Of a stretch of 64,000 nucleotides of DNA, positions 56,913 to 64,000 are shown piece by piece. The notes below the pieces were generated by a model that saw only the letters and a list, made by a program, of their open reading frames with translations, was not told the origin of the DNA and ran no database searches. The position numbers and the translations under genes were made by a program. Origin of the DNA: Myxococcales bacterium (GTDB lineage: Bacteria; Myxococcota_A; UBA9042; JABWCM01; BTVJ01); contig BTVJ01000001.1 of assembly GCA_045863395.1 (NCBI GenBank), forward strand, positions 32,001 to 96,000, read 5' to 3'. Within the stretch, counting starts at the first letter, position 1; each line of letters begins with the position of its first letter.

Positions 56913-58329
56913 GCTCTCCTTCCCGTGGCTGACCCTCGTTGTCGCCCTCCCGACGCTGGCCTCGGCGATCACCTGGCTGCGCCTCCGCCCGGAGACGGTC
57001 CGCCGCGTCTCCCTCGCAGGTGTGGGGCTCACCCTCGGGGTCGCGATCGCCGTCGCGTGGGTCTCCGCTGGGCAGGGTCCCCTGCGGGACCCCCTGCTCG
57101 GCGCCATCGCGGGCCGCCCCCTGCTCGGCGTGGACGAGCTGTCAGCCCTGCTCCTGCCCTTCGGCGCGCTGGTCTTCGCGCTCGTGGTGCTCGTGATGCC
57201 CCTCACCCGGCTGGGCACCCACGAGGAGCCGCGCACACTGGCAGCCGAGGCCATCGTGCTCGCTACGTTCTGTGCCCAGGATCCCGTGGTGCTCGCCGTG
57301 CTGTGGGCCTTCGCAATCATCCCACCACTGCTCGCCCTGAGGGCGCGCGGCGAGGCGACGGCGGGGACCCTGCGTGTCTTCGCCGTCTACATGGGCGTCG
57401 CGGTGGTCACGTTCGTGGCCGGCGCCGTCCTCCTCGCAGTGGGGGGCGACGCCGCGCTGGTCGGCTCGGCGCTGGTGACCGCGGCCGTGCTGGTGCGCAA
57501 GGGCATCGTCCCCATGCACTCCTGGCTTCCCCCCCTCATGGAGCGCGGCCCCATGAGCCTTGCGACGCTGTTCTCGGTGCCACAGCTCGGCGCCTACGCC
57601 TTCGTCCGCCTCGTGTTGCCGACCGCCCCGGACGACCTCCTCAGCATCGTCGGCGAGCTGTCCCTGCTGACCGCCGTGTATGGCGCCGCCCTGGCCCTGG
57701 TCCAGACCGAGGCCCGGCGCGCCTTCGGGTTCCTCTTCCTGAGTGAGTCGGCGCTGGTCCTCGCGGGCCTGGAGGGCGCCTCCGAGGTCGGCCTGACCGG
57801 CGCCCTGGTCGTGTGGCTGTCCGCCGGCCTCGCGCTGACGGGCTTCGGCATGACCTTGCGTGTGTTGGAGGCGCGCCGAGGCGACCTCTCGCTGCTCCAC
57901 TTCCACGGGGGCTACCGCAGGACGCCGCTGCTCGCTGCGTGCTTCCTGCTCCTGGGCCTGGCGAGCGCCGGCTTCCCCGGCACCCTCGGCTTCATCGGCG
58001 GCGAGCTCCTCATCGACGGCGCGGTCGCCGCCCACCCCCAGGTGGGCTTCGCCGTGGTGCTCGCGGCGGCGCTGAACGGCATCACCGTCATTCGCATGTA
58101 CGGCGTGCTCTTCGCGGGAGCCCGGCGCCACGCCCCGTATTCCCAGCGCCTTCGACGCCGGGAGGCCCTCGGCTTCCTCACCCTGGTCGCGTTGCTTCTG
58201 GCCGCGGGACTGGCACCACGCGCGCTGGTCTCCTCTCGAGCCCGGGCCGCCGCAGAGTCCCTGGAGTCTCGCACGTCTCGTGCCAGCGCCCCGAGCGCCG
58301 AGCTTGATCCAGATCAATCCCAGGATTGA
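56896..58329 (+). CDS. NuoM/MrpD-like proton-conducting membrane subunit
   Basis: RKGIVPMHSWLP, LTAVYGAALAL and LASAGFPGTLGFIGGELL with many TM helices. Overlaps the dabB end. The start could be GTG 56905. Confidence 0.85.
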   Translation: MDVVAELSFPWLTLVVALPTLASAITWLRLRPETVRRVSLAGVGLTLGVAIAVAWVSAGQGPLRDPLLGAIAGRPLLGVDELSALLLPFGALVFALVVLVMPLTRLGTHEEPRTLAAEAIVLATFCAQDPVVLAVLWAFAIIPPLLALRARGEATAGTLRVFAVYMGVAVVTFVAGAVLLAVGGDAALVGSALVTAAVLVRKGIVPMHSWLPPLMERGPMSLATLFSVPQLGAYAFVRLVLPTAPDDLLSIVGELSLLTAVYGAALALVQTEARRAFGFLFLSESALVLAGLEGASEVGLTGALVVWLSAGLALTGFGMTLRVLEARRGDLSLLHFHGGYRRTPLLAACFLLLGLASAGFPGTLGFIGGELLIDGAVAAHPQVGFAVVLAAALNGITVIRMYGVLFAGARRHAPYSQRLRRREALGFLTLVALLLAAGLAPRALVSSRARAAAESLESRTSRASAPSAELDPDQSQD

Positions 58330-58339
58330 GCAAGATCAA
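58304..58339 (+). promoter_or_regulatory. Two tandem FNR-type boxes
   Basis: TTGAT-CCAG-ATCAA (58304-58317, perfect) and TTGAG-CAAG-ATCAA (58326-58339). A -10-like TATGGT lies at 58363-58368. Confidence 0.75.
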
Positions 58340-58605
58340 TGCGCGAGCCACGAGACAGGGAGTATGGTTCCCGTCGTTGCCCCGACAGACGAACCAGAGA
58401 GGCAGGAGATAGCACCTCTGGACCACCATGGAGGTCACGGGCCACAGACCAGAGAGAATTTCGGAGTGGGTGTGGCGTCGGTGGCCCGGCGTCGGCCGGC
58501 TGGGTGGCCGGTCAGACATTTCGTCACGGGATCAACGGGTTTCGGGGTTCGAGAGCGCGAAGACGTCGCCGGGAGTCGAACCCCGAGGGTAGACTGGAGG
58601 AAGTC

Positions 58606-58947
58606 ATGTTCGTTCGCAAGCTCGTCACATTCATCTCGACCGCAGCTCTCACCACCGTCCTGGGAGTCGGCCTCGCGTCCGCAGATGGCAAGGACATCTT
58701 CACCAAGAACGGCTGCACCAAGTGCCACTCGGTCAAGAGCGCCGGCGTGATGAAGGAGGGCGGCGAGGAGGCGAAGGGCACCAAGGAGCTGTCCACGGTC
58801 GGCTCCCGGGAGGGCGTCACGGAGGACGCGCTGAGCGGCTTCCTCAAGAAGACGTCCGAGCTCCACGGAAAGAAGCACGCGAAAGAGTTCAAGGGGAGCG
58901 ACGCAGACCTCAAGGCGCTCGTCGGCTGGCTCGCCAGCCTGAAGTAG
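58606..58947 (+). CDS. Small periplasmic monoheme cytochrome c
   Basis: Signal peptide ending ASA, then DGKDIF..NGCTKCHSV. GGAGG SD before ATG 58606. Confidence 0.9.
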   Translation: MFVRKLVTFISTAALTTVLGVGLASADGKDIFTKNGCTKCHSVKSAGVMKEGGEEAKGTKELSTVGSREGVTEDALSGFLKKTSELHGKKHAKEFKGSDADLKALVGWLASLK

Positions 58948-59124
58948 CGTCCACCACTCAGAGCAGGGCTCCGCGGCCACCGCGTACCACGAAGACCCCC
59001 GTACCGACGGCGACCCGAGCAGGTCGCGTGCTACGACGCCTCACCAACGAGACAACCAGCTACTCACTGACTGCTACGGGCCGCGGAGCTCTGCGCTCGA
59101 CTCGCACGGCGGACAGCCGCGCTG

Positions 59125-61434
59125 TCAGGGGAGAGTCTCTGGAGCGCGCGTCCGGAATCGGCCATCGATTTCGCCTATCAGGTCGACGACGCTGTCCATG
59201 TAGCGCAGGTCGTCTCGCTCCTCCGCCCACCGGTTGGCGAGCAGGTTCAGGTAGAGGCTGCCGTCGTGGCACTCCATGACGAGCTGGGAGCTGGGAATCG
59301 ACCGCTCCTCGCAGGATTCGTGGGGACCTGTGCAGGCTGGGTCCATGCACAGGCGCGTCCCGCTCGGCCCCTTGCGGCATGCGCACTCCCGCTGCCCGGT
59401 CACCTGGTCCACCCAGCAGCACGACCCGTCCGGAATGACGACGAGCACCCGCGCGAGCTGCCCATCGATCATGAAGGGAGCCAGGGCGACGCTGGCTGGC
59501 GCCAGGTCGACGGGCTCCTGCCCGTGCCCGTGCAGCATGAAGATCACGGGATAGCGCTGGTCCGCGAAGGCGGGGTCGTTGTAGCCAGGCGGCAGGATGG
59601 CGGTGTAGTTGCGGCGCGCCTTCATGGAGGGGCTGTAGAAGGTCAGGTTCTGGCTGAGATCCGACGTCAGGCCACCTCCCTTGCGGATGTCCGGGTCCGG
59701 CATGCGGCGGACCGCGAACGCGAGGAAGCCCACGAGCCGGTTGAGGGCCTGACCGATGTTCCCGACGTGCTTGCCGTCGCCCTTGTCGATCTGCGCCTGG
59801 GTCGCGTCCGGGCTCCCGTACTCCACCAGGACGTGCTTGCCGATGCCCTTCGCCGAGATGTCCGCCGACTGGATGGCGCCGATGAAGGCGTCCTCCTGGG
59901 AGTCGGGGAGCAGCGCGTCGGGGGCGCCTGCAAAGTTGTGATAGACCCGGATGTCCTCGCCCCGCGCCCGCAACGCCCCCACCACCTGCCGAGTGGCGAC
60001 GAGCGAGTGCAACGTATCGCGGATGCCGCCATCGAACCAGAAGTCCAGGTTCTCGAGGTCTTCGGCCGGGAGATTCCGGATCTGCGTGAGCGCGTCCACG
60101 GCGCGCATGCGGTCAAACGCCGCGGTATAGTCGTAGACCCCGTTGCCCTCCCCATGGTCGGCGAACCCGCTCAGTCCCGCAGGGACCCCGTCGACTCCGA
60201 GGTCATCAAAGGGCTCCCCGAACTCGTAGGACTCGTTGCCCTCCGTCCCCTCCGGCTTGTCCCACCAGTGGTAGTCATCGCCGTTGGGGTCTCCGTCGGC
60301 GGCGATGGCCTCCGAGGGGAGACACCCGCCCAACCCATCCTCTCGGGAGCTGGGGCAGCCGTCGGCGCCGACGTCGCTCCACCGCTCGGCGGGGTTCACG
60401 AGGATGGGCTCCCCCAGGTCGCGGCGCCCGTTGCCGTTGATGTCCACGGCCAGGAGCACGTCGACGGGGCGATCGTGCGCCACGGCCGGGTCGAACTCGT
60501 TCTTCGCCAGGCCAGGGGTCACTTGCTTGTCGGAGTCGCAAAACGGGATCACGGGCCAGGCTCCCGCCGGGTTGTACTCGGCGTTGAAGGATGCCTCGGC
60601 CGGTACGGGCAGGGGGGCGGCGCAGCGGTCTTTCGGACTGGTGGAACTCCACCACTCCCACGACACGCCCGCCGGCAGGTAGGCGCTCTTTCCTTGGGCC
60701 GTCGAGAAGTTGCCGAAGGCCATCATGAACGACTGGAGGATGTCGGCGTAGAACTCGCGGTCGAAGGTCTTGCCGTCGTTGTCGAAGTGAAGGTGGTTCC
60801 AGTCCTGGGCGAACTCGTACTCGAAGGTGGGCTGCACCGGTCCACACGTCACAGGGGGAACGGCGACAGCATCGTTCAGGTCTGGAGCCGCCTCGAGCTG
60901 CTCCAGCGGGCAGAAGCCGCCGAGGTGGAGCCGCCTCCCCGCGGGCACGAAGTACGAGAAGTTGATGTAGCCGCCCATGGCGCCTACCACGTCGAACTTC
61001 TCTGGGTTCTGCAGCGCGATGAAGGCCGCCGCGGCGCCCATGGACACGCCACCGATGGCCCGGAAGTTCCATGTGCGCGGGGGGCCGGGTGGGTCGTCGG
61101 GCCCCGCGTCGGACTCGGCGTCTGGGTGCGCGTCCGGCGCAGCGTCCGGCGCGTCGGGCCCGGCGGCGTCCGGTGATCCGCCGACGTCATGCAGGGGGAC
61201 ATCGACGGTCGCGTCCGTGGCCGCCGTGTCCTCGACGTGGGCCTCGTCGACGGCGGCGTCTTTGGCGGTGGCGATGTCGAGCCCCCCTGTGGCGGCATCC
61301 GCAGCGCTCGGCCCATCGCCGCCGCACCGGGACGCGGCGGTCACCATGAGCAAGGAGGCGAGCGTCCAGCGAACCGCCATCCAACGTGGGACAGTCTGGC
61401 GGAGGGGACCAGGGGGCCGTGTCAGAGGAGCCAT
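59125..61434 (-). CDS. Exported esterase-family alpha/beta hydrolase (apparently circularly permuted)
   Basis: Signal or lipobox-like N-terminus, RAIGGVSMGA, FDGGIRD, KHVG, and C-terminal ILPPGY..YPVIFMLHGHG. Confidence 0.78.
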   Translation of the reverse strand: MAPLTRPPGPLRQTVPRWMAVRWTLASLLMVTAASRCGGDGPSAADAATGGLDIATAKDAAVDEAHVEDTAATDATVDVPLHDVGGSPDAAGPDAPDAAPDAHPDAESDAGPDDPPGPPRTWNFRAIGGVSMGAAAAFIALQNPEKFDVVGAMGGYINFSYFVPAGRRLHLGGFCPLEQLEAAPDLNDAVAVPPVTCGPVQPTFEYEFAQDWNHLHFDNDGKTFDREFYADILQSFMMAFGNFSTAQGKSAYLPAGVSWEWWSSTSPKDRCAAPLPVPAEASFNAEYNPAGAWPVIPFCDSDKQVTPGLAKNEFDPAVAHDRPVDVLLAVDINGNGRRDLGEPILVNPAERWSDVGADGCPSSREDGLGGCLPSEAIAADGDPNGDDYHWWDKPEGTEGNESYEFGEPFDDLGVDGVPAGLSGFADHGEGNGVYDYTAAFDRMRAVDALTQIRNLPAEDLENLDFWFDGGIRDTLHSLVATRQVVGALRARGEDIRVYHNFAGAPDALLPDSQEDAFIGAIQSADISAKGIGKHVLVEYGSPDATQAQIDKGDGKHVGNIGQALNRLVGFLAFAVRRMPDPDIRKGGGLTSDLSQNLTFYSPSMKARRNYTAILPPGYNDPAFADQRYPVIFMLHGHGQEPVDLAPASVALAPFMIDGQLARVLVVIPDGSCCWVDQVTGQRECACRKGPSGTRLCMDPACTGPHESCEERSIPSSQLVMECHDGSLYLNLLANRWAEERDDLRYMDSVVDLIGEIDGRFRTRAPETLP

Positions 61435-64000
61435 GTGATGATGATGCCCTTGATCAGGTCCGCGACGAGGCTCTGCGCGATGCCGTCCGTGGCCACCGAC
61501 ACGTCGAGGTCCACCGAGGCGGGCGCGCCCTCGTCGATGTCGGCGGCGAGGACGAAGCGCACGGTCAGGAACACGGGGTTGCCAACGACCTCACCTTGCT
61601 CGTCCAGCCAGGCCGTGGAGAGAGGCGAGGTGGGGTCACCGGCGTTGACGATGATCACGCCACCGAAGCCGCTCCAGTCTGCGATCTTCGTCGGGGCGAT
61701 GCTGACCGAGTGTCCCGACTGGAGCGAGGTGGAGCCGGCGCCGGTGGCGGGTACATCGAAGCAGTTGGGACCGAAGCACCAGCGGGAGTAGAAGTTGTCC
61801 AGAGTCAGGGCCGCCGTATCGTACGAGAGGGTGAACTCCAAACCCGTCGGGACTGGCTCCGCCTCGGAGGCACGGGCGATGCGAAGTGAGCAGTCCACCG
61901 TCGCCCCCTTCACTCCGAACACCGTGCAGAAGGTCGTGGAGCACGATGGATTGAGCGTCCCACCCGCGCACTGTCCTGCCTCGCACGAGTCGTCGAGCGT
62001 GCACTCGTCGCCGTCGTCGCAGGGCACCCCCGACGAGGGCGCGTGGGAGCAGCCAGCCACCTCGGCGCAGGAGTCCACCGTACAGGGGTTCCCATCGTCG
62101 CACGCCGCGTTCTGCGGCGCATGCAGGCACTGGCCCCCAATGCCGCAGGAGTCCAGTGTGCATGGGATGCCGTCGTCGCACGCCTTGGGACCGCCGGGCT
62201 TGCACGCGGTGCCGTTGCACCCGTCCCCCTCGGTGCAGGGGTTACCGTCGTCACAGGGCGTCCCGCCCGCAGCCGCCGTGGACACGCAGCCGCTCAGAGT
62301 GCTGCACGTGTTCGCGGTGCATGGGTTCCCGTCCTCGCAGACGCCATGGTCGGCCACATGCTTGCACCCAAAGCCCTGCACACACGAGTCGGCCGTGCAG
62401 AGGATGCCGTCATTGCAGGCGGCGTCTGTGGGCGAGAAGACGCAGCCGCTCACCGGATCGCACGTGTCGAGCGTACAGGCGATGCCGTCGGTGCACGACG
62501 CGTTGTTTGGAGTGAACGTGCACCCGGTCTGCGGGTTGCACCCGTCCTGTGTGCAAGGGATGCCGTCGCTGCAGACCAGCGGCGTCCCCTTCGCGCAGGC
62601 CCCTGCGTTGCACTTCTCCGTTCCCGTGCAGACGCTCAGATCGTCGCAGTCGCCATCCACGGTGCACTCCGCAGACTCCTCCTTGCAGTCCGCGTCACAG
62701 CCGTCGAGCGGGTCCTTGTTCCCGTCATCGCACTCCTCCCCCGGGTCCAGGAAGTCGTTGCCGCAGGACTCGTCGGAGGTGCAGTCCGCACTGCAGCCGT
62801 CGCCGCCATCCTGGTTGTCGTCATCGCAGACCTCGCCGCAGGCCCAGTCGGTGGTGCCGTCGCCGCAGTAGGGAGCAGGGCCGTCCAGCTCGCAGCCCCC
62901 GCTCGCGATGTTGCACACCTCGACGCCGTTGCAGGGGTCGCCATCGTCGCAGACCAGCGGCGCTCCAGGGGTGCACGTCCCGCCAGCGCACTTGTCGTTG
63001 GCCGTACACGGGTCCCCGTCGTCGCAGGGAGCGCTGTTGAAGCTGTGCCCGCACCCACCGCCGGTGCAGAAGTCCGTCGTGCAGGGGTTGGCGTCCTCAC
63101 AGTCCTTGAGGCTCCCGGGGACGCACGCGCCGGAGTCGCAGGAGTCACCCTCGGTGCAGCCGTCGCCGTCACTGCACGGTCCCTCGACGGGCTGGTTGAT
63201 GCACGTGCCGGTCAGGGCGTTGCACAGGTCGCTGGTGCAGGGGTTCTTGTCATCGCAGGTGTTGACGCCCTTTGGGAGACAGGCGCCGTCCTTGCAGGCA
63301 TCCCCCGTCGTGCACGAGTCCCCATCGTCGCAGGGGAGGGTGTTCGGGGTGTGCTTGCACCCCGTCGCGGGGGCGCAGGTGTCGGTGGTACAGACGTCTC
63401 CGTCGTCACACGCTTTGGTGGTCCCAACGCACGCCCCACCCGCGCAGGAGTCGTTCTCGGTGCAGGCGTTGCCATCGTCGCAGGCGCCGGCTGTCGGCTC
63501 GTTGAGGCAGGACCCACCCGCGCATGAGTCCACGGTGCAGGGGTCGCCGTCGCCGCAGTTGATCAGGGTCCCTTTGCACGCCCCGGCGGCGCAGACATCA
63601 TTGTATGTACAAGCGTCTGCGTCATCACACGCGCCAGCGTTGGGCTCGTGCTTGCAGCCCCCCGGGGAGCCGGTGTCGCACGTGTCCTTGGTACAGACAT
63701 TTCCGTCGTCGCAGTTGACGGCGATCGGAGTGTTGAGGCAGCCGCCGGTCTTCGGGTCGCACGCGTCGGTCGTGCATGGGTCGCCGTCGTTGCAGTCGAT
63801 GGCGACCGGTGTATAGAGGCACCCTCCGGTGAGGGGGTCGCAGGACACGTCCGTGCACCCGTCGCCGTCGTTGCAGAACAGCGGCTTGAGCGCCGAGGTG
63901 CACTCACCGGTCAGCGGATCGCAGCCGTCGTTCGTGCACAGGCTCCCGTCGTCGCAGTCGAGGGCTACCGGGGTGAACGCACAGCTCCCCGTCTCTGGAT
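61422..64000 (-). CDS. Large Cys-rich repeat protein with Myxococcus Cys-rich (DUF4215-like) repeats and a cohesin-like C-terminal domain (5' end outside the window)
   Basis: Open frame continues to the window edge. CDDGNPCT repeats, CGDG..GEVCDD.N..GDGCSADC, CGN..LDPGEECDDGN..DGCDADC and C-terminal GLEFTLSYD. Confidence 0.85.
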   Translation of the reverse strand, partial: PETGSCAFTPVALDCDDGSLCTNDGCDPLTGECTSALKPLFCNDGDGCTDVSCDPLTGGCLYTPVAIDCNDGDPCTTDACDPKTGGCLNTPIAVNCDDGNVCTKDTCDTGSPGGCKHEPNAGACDDADACTYNDVCAAGACKGTLINCGDGDPCTVDSCAGGSCLNEPTAGACDDGNACTENDSCAGGACVGTTKACDDGDVCTTDTCAPATGCKHTPNTLPCDDGDSCTTGDACKDGACLPKGVNTCDDKNPCTSDLCNALTGTCINQPVEGPCSDGDGCTEGDSCDSGACVPGSLKDCEDANPCTTDFCTGGGCGHSFNSAPCDDGDPCTANDKCAGGTCTPGAPLVCDDGDPCNGVEVCNIASGGCELDGPAPYCGDGTTDWACGEVCDDDNQDGGDGCSADCTSDESCGNDFLDPGEECDDGNKDPLDGCDADCKEESAECTVDGDCDDLSVCTGTEKCNAGACAKGTPLVCSDGIPCTQDGCNPQTGCTFTPNNASCTDGIACTLDTCDPVSGCVFSPTDAACNDGILCTADSCVQGFGCKHVADHGVCEDGNPCTANTCSTLSGCVSTAAAGGTPCDDGNPCTEGDGCNGTACKPGGPKACDDGIPCTLDSCGIGGQCLHAPQNAACDDGNPCTVDSCAEVAGCSHAPSSGVPCDDGDECTLDDSCEAGQCAGGTLNPSCSTTFCTVFGVKGATVDCSLRIARASEAEPVPTGLEFTLSYDTAALTLDNFYSRWCFGPNCFDVPATGAGSTSLQSGHSVSIAPTKIADWSGFGGVIIVNAGDPTSPLSTAWLDEQGEVVGNPVFLTVRFVLAADIDEGAPASVDLDVSVATDGIAQSLVADLIKGIIITWLL

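Noticed and set aside
55575..58329. nuoL/nuoM of respiratory complex I
   Set aside because: No other nuo genes are present, and coupling to DUF2309 identifies a DAB/Mps-type complex.

Overview
This is a very GC-rich, gene-dense bacterial window. A MYXO-CTERM tail, Myxococcus-type Cys-rich repeats and many lipoproteins with acidic Asp/Ala/Gly linkers point to Myxococcota or a related deltaproteobacterium (inference). About 39 real CDSs can be supported; most other ORFs in the track are GC-rich shadow frames. Exported Cys-rich repeat proteins dominate (CDDGNPCT, pacifastin-like, Kazal, TSP3, IgGFc-BP). Also present: a neutral ceramidase, a SauUSI-like PLD-helicase-DUF3427 protein, NamZ, a DabA/DabB inorganic-carbon pump with an extra NuoM-like subunit, and a small cytochrome c behind tandem FNR boxes. 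The best candidates for undescribed systems are: (i) a translationally coupled operon of a Tat-like protein, a membrane vWA protein and an amidase fused to a WHIX/M23-like domain, next to an orphan Afp15-like AAA ATPase; (ii) a divergent Hsp70-like ATPase paired with a protein carrying up to three GrpE-like modules. Other points are a G8 frameshift splitting a lipoprotein gene, a circularly permuted esterase, a Tat-signal HIRAN protein, a 162-bp hairpin and several probable leaderless promoters. I saw no rRNA, tRNA, CRISPR array or transposase. All family calls come from motif recognition by eye, not from database searches.
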